Sequence record: PQ799574.1
Direction: 5' to 3' (one strand)
DNA length: 64,000 nt
Origin: Escherichia phage vB_EcoM_Maryam
Made by a program: the position numbers and the translations under genes. Shown here in pieces: positions 8,710 to 17,881 of this stretch. The notes beneath the pieces are model-generated. The model saw only the letters and a list, made by a program, of their open reading frames with translations. It searched no databases and was not told where the DNA came from. Position 1 is the first letter of the stretch; each line of letters opens with the position of its first letter.

Positions 8710-9912
8710 ATGAAAGTATGTATTTTTATGGCTCGAGGTCTTGAAGGTTGTGGTGTAACAAAATTCTCACTCGAGCAACGTGATTGGTTTATTAAAAATG
8801 GTCATGAAGTAACTTTGGTTTATGCTAAAGATAAATCATTTACTCGTAATTGCGCGCATGATTATAAATCATTTTCAATTCCGGTTTTATTGGCAAAAGA
8901 ATATGATAAAACACTTAAGCTGGTAAATGATTGTGATATTCTAATTATCAATTCAGTTCCTGCTACTTCGGTTGAAGAAGACACTATTAATAACTATAAA
9001 AAAATTATTGATAACATTAAACCTTCTGTTCGTGTTGTAGTTTATCAACATGACCATTCTTCTCTTTCTTTGCGCCGAAATTTGGGATTAGAAGAAACTG
9101 TTCGTCGAGCTGATGTTATTTTTAGCCATTCTGATAATGGTGATTTTAATAAAGTTCTGATGAAAGAATGGTATCCTGAAACAGTTTCTCTGTTTGATGA
9201 TATTGAAGAAGCACCGACAGTATATAACTTTCAGCCTCCTATGGATATTGCGAAGGTTCGGTCAACCTACTGGAAAGATGTTTCTGAAATTAACATGAAT
9301 ATCAACCGTTGGATTGGTCGTACGACTACATGGAAAGGTTTTTATCAGATGTTTGATTTTCATGAAAAACATCTTAAACCTGCAGGACTAAGTACTATTA
9401 TGGAAGGTCTGGAACGTTCTCCAGCGTTCATTCCTATTAAAGAAAAAGGAATTCCATACGAGTATTATCGTCTTCATCAAGTAGACCAAATTAAAATTGC
9501 TCCTAATTTGCCAACGCAAATTCTTGACCGTTATGTAAATAGCGAAATGCTTGAACGTATGAGTAAATCCGGTTTTGGTTATCAGTTGAGTAAGTTGGAT
9601 AAAAAATATCTACAACGTTCTTTAGAATATACTCATCTCGAGCTTGGTGCATGTGGAACAATTCCGGTATTTTGGAAATCTACTGGCGAAAATTTAAAAT
9701 TCCGTGTTGATAATACTCCGCTAATTTCGCATGATAGCGGTATCGTTTGGTTTGATGAAAATGATATGGAATCAACGTTTGAACGTATTAAAGAACTGTC
9801 ATCTGACCGAGCTCTTTATGACCGTGAGCGAGAAAAAGCGTATGAATTTTTGTATCAGCATCAAGATTCAAGCTTCTGCTTTAAAGAACAGTTTGACATT
9901 ATTACAAAATAA
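8710..9912 (+). CDS. agt: DNA alpha-glucosyltransferase
   Basis: 400 aa, matches recalled T4 alpha-gt in size and position between 55 and 47. Confidence 0.85.
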   Translation: MKVCIFMARGLEGCGVTKFSLEQRDWFIKNGHEVTLVYAKDKSFTRNCAHDYKSFSIPVLLAKEYDKTLKLVNDCDILIINSVPATSVEEDTINNYKKIIDNIKPSVRVVVYQHDHSSLSLRRNLGLEETVRRADVIFSHSDNGDFNKVLMKEWYPETVSLFDDIEEAPTVYNFQPPMDIAKVRSTYWKDVSEINMNINRWIGRTTTWKGFYQMFDFHEKHLKPAGLSTIMEGLERSPAFIPIKEKGIPYEYYRLHQVDQIKIAPNLPTQILDRYVNSEMLERMSKSGFGYQLSKLDKKYLQRSLEYTHLELGACGTIPVFWKSTGENLKFRVDNTPLISHDSGIVWFDENDMESTFERIKELSSDRALYDREREKAYEFLYQHQDSSFCFKEQFDIITK

Positions 9913-9929
9913 AGGGCTTCGGCCCTTTA
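9912..9929 (+). terminator. AGGGC-TTCG-GCCCT hairpin
   Basis: Tetraloop hairpin directly after agt stop. Confidence 0.5.
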
Positions 9930-9951
9930 GCTTTATACGGAGTTTGATATA

Positions 9952-10092
9952 ATGATATTTCTTGGATATGTGATACTTTTTCTTGCATTTTATCTATTCA
10001 CTAGAGCATGTTGGATTGGGTTCTTTAGCACTCCAGATGGATTTATTTCAATAATTTTATTTTGCATTTCAATGACGGTTCTTGATATATGA
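9952..10092 (+). CDS. small membrane protein (46 aa) between agt and 47
   Basis: ATG 9952, hydrophobic MIFLGYVILFLAFYLF...; TGA overlaps gene 47 ATG. Confidence 0.4.
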   Translation: MIFLGYVILFLAFYLFTRACWIGFFSTPDGFISIILFCISMTVLDI

Positions 10093-11108
10093 AAATTTTA
10101 AATTTAGGTGATTGGCATTTAGGCGTTAAAGCTGATGATGAGTGGGTTCAATCCATTCAGTTGGATGGAATTAAACAAGCAATAGAATATTCTAAGAAAA
10201 ATGGAATTACTACCTGGATTCAATACGGCGATATTTTTGATGTGCGAAAAGCGATCACGCATAAAACTATGGAGTTTGCTCGTGAAATAGTTCAAATGCT
10301 TGATGATGCTGGTATTACCCTACATACTATTGTAGGAAACCATGATATGCACTTTAAAAATACTTTAACTCCAAATGCCTCTACTGAGCTTTTGGCTAAA
10401 TATCCTAATGTTAAAGTATATGATAAGCCTACTACAGTAGATTTTGACGGATGTTTAATTGATTTAATTCCTTGGATGTGTGAAGAAAATACTGGTGAAA
10501 TTCTTGAACACATCAAAACTTCATCTGCTTCTTTTTGTGTTGGTCACTGGGAACTGAATGGATTTTATTTTTATAAAGGAATGAAATCTCATGGTCTTGA
10601 ACCTGATTTCCTTAAGACTTATAAAGAAGTGTGGTCTGGTCACTTCCATACTATTTCTGAGGCTGCAAACGTCAGATATATTGGGACACCATGGACACTA
10701 ACTGCAGGTGACGAGAATGACCCTCGTGGGTTCTGGATGTTTGATACAGAAACAGAACGAATGGAATTTATTCCAAACAATACTACCTGGCATCGTAGAA
10801 TTCATTATCCATTTAAAGGAAAAATTGACTATAAAGATTTTACAAATCTATCAGTACGTGTTATAGTAACTGAAGTAGACAAAAATCTAACGAAGTTCGA
10901 ATCTGAACTAGAAAAAGTTGTGCATTCATTACGAGTTGTGTCAAAGATTGATAACTCTGTCGAGTCAGATGACAGTGAAGAAGTTGAAGTTCAATCTCTT
11001 CAGACGTTGATGGAAGAATACATTAATGCAATTCCAGACATCACTGATTCTGATCGCGAAGCACTTATTCAATATGCAAATCAGTTATATGTAGAGGCAA
11101 CACAATGA
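10089..11108 (+). CDS. 47: recombination endonuclease subunit gp47 (Mre11-like)
   Basis: 339 aa; phosphoesterase motifs (GDWH, GNHD); recalled T4 gp47. Confidence 0.9.
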   Translation: MKILNLGDWHLGVKADDEWVQSIQLDGIKQAIEYSKKNGITTWIQYGDIFDVRKAITHKTMEFAREIVQMLDDAGITLHTIVGNHDMHFKNTLTPNASTELLAKYPNVKVYDKPTTVDFDGCLIDLIPWMCEENTGEILEHIKTSSASFCVGHWELNGFYFYKGMKSHGLEPDFLKTYKEVWSGHFHTISEAANVRYIGTPWTLTAGDENDPRGFWMFDTETERMEFIPNNTTWHRRIHYPFKGKIDYKDFTNLSVRVIVTEVDKNLTKFESELEKVVHSLRVVSKIDNSVESDDSEEVEVQSLQTLMEEYINAIPDITDSDREALIQYANQLYVEATQ

Positions 11109-11368
11109 CTTTTGATGAATTTAAAAATGTTATGATGAGTCAGCATTTTGAATGCGAAGTAAAAGATGATATTGGTCATAAAGAAATTATTGAATATTGG
11201 TTTGAACCGCTAGAGGTTGAAGATAATTGTATTAAAAAGGTTACGGTCTGCACTGACTGGGCTGTATCTTTTAACTTCAACATTTTAGATAATGACACAC
11301 CTAAATCATTACGAGATATGGCTGTATCTTGTATTAAGGATGCATATTGTGAAGTTTTCGACATTTGA
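11105..11368 (+). CDS. hypothetical protein between 47 and 46
   Basis: ORF track 87 aa. Confidence 0.5.
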   Translation: MTFDEFKNVMMSQHFECEVKDDIGHKEIIEYWFEPLEVEDNCIKKVTVCTDWAVSFNFNILDNDTPKSLRDMAVSCIKDAYCEVFDI

Positions 11369-11555
11369 CATTAATGATGAATTCATAGCAAATATTGATT
11401 ATACCGAAGAAGATTCTAGATATGTTGGAATAATTTATATTACATCAAAAACAGCACAAGGTGTTGTTTGCATGGCTGAATTTGATGAATACTTTTTAGA
11501 TTATGATGATATGATAGAATGGTCTAAAAGATACATTAAAAGGAATCTTTTGTGA
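11340..11555 (+). CDS. hypothetical protein between 47 and 46, start uncertain
   Basis: ORF track 11292..11555 overlaps previous ORF; ATG 11340 is alternative start. Confidence 0.4.
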   Translation: MHIVKFSTFDINDEFIANIDYTEEDSRYVGIIYITSKTAQGVVCMAEFDEYFLDYDDMIEWSKRYIKRNLL

Positions 11556-13234
11556 AGAATTTTAAACTAAACCGAGTTAGGTATCAAAATATAATGTCAG
11601 TAGGTGGAAATCCTATTGACATTCAATTAGATAAGGTTCAAAAAACTCTTATTACTGGACGAAATGGCGGTGGTAAGTCTACTATGCTAGAAGCCATCAC
11701 ATTTGGGCTTTTTGGTAAGCCATTTCGTGATGTAAAGAAAGGTCAATTAATAAACAGCACAAATAAGAAAGAACTTTTAGTTGAACTGTGGATGGAATAT
11801 GATGAGAAAAAGTACTATATCAAAAGAGGACAAAAACCAAACGTTTTCGAAATCACCGTTAACGGTACACGTCTTAATGAATCTGCCAGCAGTAAAGATT
11901 TCCAAGCAGAATTTGAACAGCTTATCGGAATGTCATATGCCAGTTTCAAGCAGATTGTTGTCCTTGGTACAGCAGGGTATACCCCTTTCATGGGTTTGTC
12001 GACCCCTGCACGAAGAAAGCTTGTGGAAGACCTGCTTGAGGTAGGAACATTAGCTGAAATGGATAAGCTTAATAAAGCACTAATACGTGAATTAAATTCG
12101 CAGAACCAAGTGCTTGATGTTAAAAAAGATAGTATTATCCAACAAATTAAAATATATAATGATAACGTTGAACGCCAGAAAAAATTGTCTGGTGACAACC
12201 TTACTCGTCTGCAGAATATGTATGATGATTTGGCAAAAGAAGCTAGAACGCTAAAATCGGAAATAGAAGAAGCTAATGAAAGATTAGTTAATATTGTTTT
12301 AGATGAAGACCCGACTGATGCATTTAATAAAATCGGTCAAGAAGCATTTTTAATTAAATCAAAAATTGACTCGTATAATAAAGTCATTAATATGTATCAT
12401 GAAGGTGGATTATGTCCAACCTGTTTGTCACAATTAAGTTCCGGTGATAAAGTTGTTTCTAAAATTAAAGATAAAGTTTCTGAATGTACGCATTCATTTG
12501 AACAGCTTTCAACACACCGTGATAATTTAAAAGTTCTTGTTGATGAATACCGAGATAATATTAAAACCCAGCAGTCGTTGGCAAATGATATTCGCAATAA
12601 AAAGCAATCTCTAATCACGACGGTAGATAAAGCTAAAAAAGTTAAAGCGGCTATAGAAAAAGCATCTTCTGAGTTTATTGACCATGCTGATGAAATAGCA
12701 CTGCTTCAAGAAGAACTTGATAAAATTGTTAAGACAAAAACTAATTTAGTAATGGAAAAATACCACCGAGGAATTTTGACTGATATGCTCAAAGATTCTG
12801 GTATTAAAGGTGCTATTATTAAAAAGTACATTCCATTATTTAATAAGCAGATTAACCATTATCTTAAAATAATGGAAGCGGATTATGTGTTTACATTAGA
12901 TGAAGAATTTAATGAGACAATTAAATCCCGTGGTCGTGAAGATTTTAGTTATGCTTCATTTAGTGAAGGTGAAAAGGCACGAATTGATATTGCTCTTTTA
13001 TTTACTTGGCGTGATATTGCTTCTATCGTATCTGGTGTTAGTATTAGTACATTAATTCTTGATGAAGTGTTTGATGGGTCATTTGATGCCGAAGGTATTA
13101 AAGGTGTAGCTAATATTATAAATTCAATGAAAAACACTAATGTTTTTATAATTTCGCATAAAGACCATGACCCGCAAGAATATGGTCAGCATCTTCAAAT
13201 GAAGAAAGTTGGTCGATTTACTATAATGGTTTAA
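11552..13234 (+). CDS. 46: recombination endonuclease subunit gp46 (Rad50-like ATPase)
   Basis: 560 aa; Walker A GRNGGGKST; coiled-coil middle with CPTC zinc hook; GTG start. Confidence 0.9.
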   Translation: MKNFKLNRVRYQNIMSVGGNPIDIQLDKVQKTLITGRNGGGKSTMLEAITFGLFGKPFRDVKKGQLINSTNKKELLVELWMEYDEKKYYIKRGQKPNVFEITVNGTRLNESASSKDFQAEFEQLIGMSYASFKQIVVLGTAGYTPFMGLSTPARRKLVEDLLEVGTLAEMDKLNKALIRELNSQNQVLDVKKDSIIQQIKIYNDNVERQKKLSGDNLTRLQNMYDDLAKEARTLKSEIEEANERLVNIVLDEDPTDAFNKIGQEAFLIKSKIDSYNKVINMYHEGGLCPTCLSQLSSGDKVVSKIKDKVSECTHSFEQLSTHRDNLKVLVDEYRDNIKTQQSLANDIRNKKQSLITTVDKAKKVKAAIEKASSEFIDHADEIALLQEELDKIVKTKTNLVMEKYHRGILTDMLKDSGIKGAIIKKYIPLFNKQINHYLKIMEADYVFTLDEEFNETIKSRGREDFSYASFSEGEKARIDIALLFTWRDIASIVSGVSISTLILDEVFDGSFDAEGIKGVANIINSMKNTNVFIISHKDHDPQEYGQHLQMKKVGRFTIMV

Positions 13235-13248
13235 TTTATAAGAGATTA

Positions 13249-13272
13249 TGCTTTAATTTATTAGAGTATAAT
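13249..13272 (+). promoter_or_regulatory. middle-type promoter (MotA box TGCTTTA plus TATAAT)
   Basis: TGCTTTA 13249-13255, TATAAT 13267-13272. Confidence 0.4.
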
Positions 13273-13289
13273 CTCTATGGAGGAAAAAC

Positions 13290-13478
13290 ATGGAATATTC
13301 AACTGGACAGCATCTATTAACTATTCCTGAAATAAAACGATATATTCTGAGAAATAATTTTTCTAATGAAGAGCATATAGTTACTGAATCTATGCTTAGG
13401 AATGCATTTAAAGCAGAATATACAAAAATAATGTCCAATAGAAATGAAGCTTGGACTGTTACTGATTATTATGACTAA
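13290..13478 (+). CDS. hypothetical protein (gene 45.2-like)
   Basis: ORF track 62 aa; position between 46 and rpbA. Confidence 0.5.
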   Translation: MEYSTGQHLLTIPEIKRYILRNNFSNEEHIVTESMLRNAFKAEYTKIMSNRNEAWTVTDYYD

Positions 13479-13487
13479 AGGTGTATT

Positions 13488-13877
13488 ATGACTAAAATTA
13501 CTGTGAATTATACTGTTGATGTAAAAGATATTCAGCCAAAACACGTGCGTTCTGAATCAAATCCACAAAACCAAAATAAAATTCGTCGCGCATGGGTTTT
13601 GTCTCTTTCTGATAACGCAATGGAAGTTATTCAGAATAAAATTAAATCTGCACCTGCTCGTCATGCGTATTATGAAGCTATCGATCGTGAAGTAAGTAAT
13701 AAATGGATTGAACTAATGCGCAAACATACTACAGAATCCCTAAACGCCGGTGCTAAATTTATTATGACTTCATGTGGTGAACGCCTTGAAGATGATTATT
13801 GTGGTAATGCAGATGAACGTCTAATTGTTGCTGCTCAAATTGTTGCGGAAACAATTGCGGCTGATTTTAATCGTTAA
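13488..13877 (+). CDS. rpbA: RNA polymerase-binding protein RpbA
   Basis: 129 aa, position immediately upstream of gene 45 start; recalled T4 size. Confidence 0.6.
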
Positions 13878-13932
13878 TTGCTTTATTAAATTAGTTATAA
13901 AATTAAATCTCATTTGAATTGAAGGAAATTAC

Positions 13933-13992
13933 ATGAAACTGTCTAAAGATACTACTGCTCTGCTTAAAAATTTCGCTACTATTAACTCGTAA
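13933..13992 (+). pseudogene. 45: sliding clamp gene 45, 5' fragment only (19 codons then TAA)
   Basis: MKLSKDTTALLKNFATINS matches recalled gp45 N-terminus; remainder of the ~228-aa gene absent. Confidence 0.8.
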
Positions 13993-14062
13993 TTAAAATC
14001 GCAGCAGTTTTTTCATTCAGAACATCGTTAGAAGCTTTGATGATGTAAGTTACTTTAGACAT
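13982..14062 (-). pseudogene. motA: motA (middle transcription activator), 5' fragment only (25 codons)
   Basis: Minus-strand MSKVTYIIKASNDVLNEKTAAILIT then S and stop; matches recalled MotA N-terminus; converges on the gene 45 fragment. Confidence 0.75.
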
Positions 14063-14159
14063 TTTGTTTCTCCGTAGTTGATAAGACTATAATACCATAA
14101 GTTAAAGCAGAAGTAAACTTTATTTTGAGCTCTTTTTCAAGAGCTCTGGTAAAAATTAC

Positions 14160-14375
14160 TTAGATTGATAGGTCTTTAATCTTAGCTATTAAAACAGCTT
14201 TTCCTTCACGAAGTTTTTCCAGTTTACGACCATTAGAGCCGCGAACTACTAAGGAATTTATCTCCACTTCCAACCAATTTAGTTTTTCAACTAGTTCTTT
14301 ACGTTTAGCATTCATGCCGGGTTTAACTTTACCGAAACGGGTGGTAGCGTTTTGAGTATTTTTCATCTTATTCAT
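14160..14375 (-). CDS. hypothetical basic protein between motA and 52
   Basis: ORF track 71 aa. Confidence 0.5.
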   Translation of the reverse strand: MNKMKNTQNATTRFGKVKPGMNAKRKELVEKLNWLEVEINSLVVRGSNGRKLEKLREGKAVLIAKIKDLSI

Positions 14376-14417
14376 TTTAATCTCCAGTTATTTTTCTGTA
14401 TCAGTGTTGATAGGGTA

Positions 14418-14447
14418 ATAGTACCATGGAATGCTTTGGTTGTAAAC
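14418..14447 (-). promoter_or_regulatory. T4-type early promoter (GTTTACA 17 nt TACTAT) on minus strand
   Basis: Reverse complement of 14418-14447 reads GTTTACA...TACTAT; upstream of ORF 14160..14375. Confidence 0.5.
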
Positions 14448-14469
14448 CGTTTTGTGAAAAAAATTTTAA

Positions 14470-14497
14470 ATAAAAAAGGGAGAGCCGAGGCTCTCCC
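14470..14497 (-). terminator. GGGAGAG / CTCTCCC hairpin with T-run on minus strand
   Basis: Perfect 7-bp inverted repeat 14478-14484 / 14491-14497; A-run on plus strand gives U-run in minus-strand RNA. Confidence 0.55.
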
Positions 14498-14502
14498 TAA
14501 AA

Positions 14503-14652
14503 TTACTGCATGACTGTGATAACTGTCATGATAACACGTTGAATTCCGAACGCAAGAAGACCTCCTGCTACGGCTGGAACAACGCCTAAACCAGCCAGTA
14601 AAATGCTACCAGATACTAATGCAGCGCTTGTAATACCAATGAATGGACTCAT
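14503..14652 (-). CDS. small membrane protein (49 aa) downstream of gene 52
   Basis: Minus-strand ATG overlapping gene 52 stop; hydrophobic MSPFIGITSAALVSGSILLAGLGVV... Confidence 0.4.
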   Translation of the reverse strand: MSPFIGITSAALVSGSILLAGLGVVPAVAGGLLAFGIQRVIMTVITVMQ

Positions 14653-15977
14653 TTGATTTCCTCTAAATCTTTGGTGTATTCGGTAACTACATCAGTAGTT
14701 TTCCAATATTCGTTTTCTTCTTTTTTAGCTTTAGCTTCTTCAGCAAGTTTCTTTGCTTCATCGGAAGTCATATGAAAAATATTCATTCCAACTAGTTTAT
14801 CAACATAAGAAGAATACATATCGATTTTCGAAAGTTCTTCGGTCAGTTCTTTACGAGTTTTACCCTGTACAACAATTTCACCTGAAATTACTTTCTTAAT
14901 GAAATGTGCCTTGGCAAAGGCTAAACGAAAAGCTGATTCAGTTTCTTTAATTTTGTTATCAATTCGTTTTTGGACATAAGTTTTACGAACTTCAACGAAG
15001 TCTTTAATTAAATCAACTACGTTATCGTAAACTTGTAGTTTTCCTTTCTCATTAATAACCGTAATATTCTGAGAACGACGCTCAATCAACCCAAAGTCTT
15101 TCATAATTTTTGCATGGCGTTCTTCTTCATTATCGCTCAAAGAATATTCTTTACGGAATTTAACTTTGAATCCAAAACCGTGCTCACCGCAAGCATCATC
15201 CCATGTAATGAAGCCTTTATCTTCAAGTGGGTCTAAGATTTTACTCACATAAGTTTCACGATCATACTTATATGGAATCTCAGTGATATGCATTTGAGTT
15301 CGTGAAGTAAACTTATATGTTCCGCGAATTTCATATTGACCATCAATCTCAACGACTTCACCACGAAATTCTGGGAATTCTACCTTCGGTTTAGTTACTT
15401 TCTTTCCTTGAAGAGCTTGCAGTACAGCTTTCTTGACAGAAGAAACACTATGAGGAAGAATGTAAGTTGCATAACCAGTTGCAATACCGGAAACGCCATT
15501 AAGAAGAACAGTAGGAATAATAGGTAAATAGAAAGCAGGCGGAATGTGTTCTTTATCTTGATGTACCGGAGCATATTCAGTATCTTTATATACGTTATAG
15601 AAATTTTTACTTACACGAGCAAAAATATAACGACTTGCTGCTGCTTTTTGGACGGTACGAGAACCAAAGTTTCCTTGACCATCTAACAGAGGAAAATTAT
15701 TATTCCAAGTGTTAGCCATCAAAGCACCTGCGTCTTGTGCAGAGTTTTCGCCATGGTGATATCCAAGGTCCGCTACACCACCTGCAATAGAAGCAAGTTT
15801 GTGAAACTTATCTTTATTTCCTCGTGCCAAATCAAGAGCTCGAGCAATAACAAATCGTTGAACTGGCTTAAATCCATCAATCATATTTGGAATGGCACGA
15901 TTTTCAACCGTGTACATAGCATAAGCCAATGCTTCATTATCAATGATACTTTTTAAATCGCGATTATTCAGTTGCAT
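14649..15977 (-). CDS. 52: DNA topoisomerase II medium subunit gp52
   Basis: 442 aa; MQLNNRDLKSIIDNEALAYAMYTVENRAIP... typical topo II breakage-reunion domain. Confidence 0.95.
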   Translation of the reverse strand: MQLNNRDLKSIIDNEALAYAMYTVENRAIPNMIDGFKPVQRFVIARALDLARGNKDKFHKLASIAGGVADLGYHHGENSAQDAGALMANTWNNNFPLLDGQGNFGSRTVQKAAASRYIFARVSKNFYNVYKDTEYAPVHQDKEHIPPAFYLPIIPTVLLNGVSGIATGYATYILPHSVSSVKKAVLQALQGKKVTKPKVEFPEFRGEVVEIDGQYEIRGTYKFTSRTQMHITEIPYKYDRETYVSKILDPLEDKGFITWDDACGEHGFGFKVKFRKEYSLSDNEEERHAKIMKDFGLIERRSQNITVINEKGKLQVYDNVVDLIKDFVEVRKTYVQKRIDNKIKETESAFRLAFAKAHFIKKVISGEIVVQGKTRKELTEELSKIDMYSSYVDKLVGMNIFHMTSDEAKKLAEEAKAKKEENEYWKTTDVVTEYTKDLEEIK

Positions 15978-15981
15978 AAAT

Positions 15982-16122
15982 TTACCATACTAGTGAATGT
16001 AGTGCCATAATAACATCAGAAATGAAAAGCACGACTTGAATTAATCCGAACATTACTCCATAATATAGTGCTACTAATAAAGTAGCAAGGGCTAATGAAT
16101 AGCCCAAGATTTTCTTAATCAT
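15982..16122 (-). CDS. small membrane protein (46 aa)
   Basis: Minus-strand ORF MIKKILGYSLALATLLVALYYGVMF... between 52 and ac. Confidence 0.4.
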   Translation of the reverse strand: MIKKILGYSLALATLLVALYYGVMFGLIQVVLFISDVIMALHSLVW

Positions 16123-16273
16123 TAGTAGATAACAACACAAATGTTAAATATGCACACATACCTTGGGCTAAAGCTTGCGAAAACACGCTGCTGGCATCAA
16201 TACAGATAGTTAAAACACATGCTACTATCCAACAAATAAATGAAATAACTCCTAATAATTTTGCAATATTCAT
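16115..16273 (-). CDS. small membrane protein, ac-like (52 aa)
   Basis: Minus-strand MNIAKLLGVISFICWIVACVLTICID...; position between 52 and stp as for T4 ac. Confidence 0.4.
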   Translation of the reverse strand: MNIAKLLGVISFICWIVACVLTICIDASSVFSQALAQGMCAYLTFVLLSTND

Positions 16274-16280
16274 ATTTTCC

Positions 16281-16361
16281 TCACTGGCGTCCGAAGACGC
16301 CTTTAGTTTTAAGATTATTACGATAGAACTGCATCACATGTTCGTTATGGAAATTACTCAT
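16281..16361 (-). CDS. stp: Stp peptide (restriction alleviation / PrrC activator)
   Basis: 26-aa [29 protein letters not shown] matching recalled T4 Stp. Confidence 0.8.
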
Positions 16362-16819
16362 TAATATGCCTGCAAAACAAATTTAAAGTTATCAGCCAAC
16401 ATACGGTTCATTTCTTCAAGTGTTTGATACTCAGAATGATGATTACGAGTAAACGCCAAAGCTAACTGACCTTTACCAAATCCTGTCGTCAGAGGTTTCA
16501 TCTTAGAAGCAGGCAGATAAAATACTGTGTATGGAACATTGTTATTTGCAATAGTACGTGCAAGCTGAGACCGACGTTGACGAATATGACTTAGAACTGC
16601 ACTGAATCCTTGCTTAGAACGCTGATTACCTACATAAAATCGTGCAGACACACATGGATTACTAAATGGACGACCATCTAATTTACTTACTAAAAAGTAA
16701 AATCCAGGTTTAGATAAAATGTCTTTATGCGGAGTTCCCAAAAACCATTCACCGCCCTTGATTGTGCCAATAACAGTAGCGCCTGCATTATTCAGATCAG
16801 TAACAGTCATGTATTTCAT
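16361..16819 (-). CDS. ndd: nucleoid disruption protein Ndd
   Basis: ORF track 16361..16867; true start [18 protein letters not shown]... at 16819. Confidence 0.85.
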
Positions 16820-16879
16820 ATTAATTTCCTCTAAATTATTTTCTACTCCAAGGCCGCATGAATACACGCGGCCATTAAA

Positions 16880-17095
16880 TTAATCGTCGCAGTCGACGCT
16901 CAATTCCCAAAACTCTTCTACGGTATAAGTTTCAATATCATTTTCAATACAGAAACGTTCATTACTATTGTTTGCTAAAGTAGCGTTAACTGTCATTTTC
17001 TCGCTGGTACTCTTAAGAGGTGAAATACGAATTAACTGATCACCGTTATCTAAACAAAAAATTTCACCAACTTTTACATCTTTAAAACTTTTCAT
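16880..17095 (-). CDS. hypothetical protein (ndd-adjacent)
   Basis: ORF track 71 aa. Confidence 0.5.
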   Translation of the reverse strand: MKSFKDVKVGEIFCLDNGDQLIRISPLKSTSEKMTVNATLANNSNERFCIENDIETYTVEEFWELSVDCDD

Positions 17096-17210
17096 AATTC
17101 ACCTCAAGGAGTATAAAATCCGAATGCAGTTGTTGACCATCCCATCCAGTATGGGAAATTTGCACCAATGTAAAACATAAGAATATAAAACCAACCGCTC
17201 AGCAAATTCA

Positions 17211-17429
17211 TCATTTTACACCGTTCCAAATTGTTTCAACCACGGATTTTAAGCCATTTTGATGAATGTCCATTCCAACTACCGCCATCAAATAGATTCC
17301 AACTACAACTGAACCTAAGGCAAAAATCAGCATGAAAATGAATAAAGCCGGAAAAATATTATCGAAAAACCATTCAATAAATGTAAAAGCACTGCGTTTA
17401 CGCTTCATATTTTCCTCACATAAATCCAA
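17211..17429 (-). CDS. small membrane protein
   Basis: ORF track 72 aa, hydrophobic. Confidence 0.45.
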   Translation of the reverse strand: MDLCEENMKRKRSAFTFIEWFFDNIFPALFIFMLIFALGSVVVGIYLMAVVGMDIHQNGLKSVVETIWNGVK

Positions 17430-17529
17430 AGTAAACGTTTAATACATCAATCATTAAAACGATTGGGAATATACTCAAAACAACTAAAATTATAATTATA
17501 TTCCATATAGCTTTAATAATCTTTTTCAT
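17416..17529 (-). CDS. small membrane protein (37 aa)
   Basis: Internal ATG of ORF 17416..17664 with GGAGGA upstream; MKKIIKAIWNIIIILVVLSIFPIV... Confidence 0.4.
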   Translation of the reverse strand: MKKIIKAIWNIIIILVVLSIFPIVLMIDVLNVYFGFM

Positions 17530-17557
17530 TTTGTGTTCCTCCGTGGTTGATAGGGTA

Positions 17558-17587
17558 ATAATACCACAGAGGAACAGTCTTGTAAAC
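17558..17587 (-). promoter_or_regulatory. T4-type early promoter (GTTTACA 17 nt TATTAT)
   Basis: Reverse complement reads GTTTACAAGACTGTTCCTCTGTGGTATTAT. Confidence 0.5.
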
Positions 17588-17836
17588 AACTTTTTTAAAA
17601 ATATTCGTAATAAATGTGAATACCAATCACTACTGCCGAAACTTGCGCAACCCACCACGCACAAGCAATAAGTACAGAATTAAAAATTTTCATAATAACC
17701 TCATCACAAAAGTAAATGTTAAACAAATTACTGGAATACTAATTAACCAAACAAAACACCACCACAATGAACTCATAGTTCAATCTCAGCGATTTTCATT
17801 TTATTCTCCAAATCTGTATCAGTAGTTGATAGTTGT

Positions 17837-17866
17837 ATAGTACCACGGTCCTTGTGGTATGTAAAC
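17837..17866 (-). promoter_or_regulatory. T4-type early promoter (GTTTACA 17 nt TACTAT)
   Basis: Reverse complement reads GTTTACATACCACAAGGACCGTGGTACTAT; near-identical copy at 45026-45055. Confidence 0.5.
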
Positions 17867-17881
17867 CATTTTGTGAAATTT

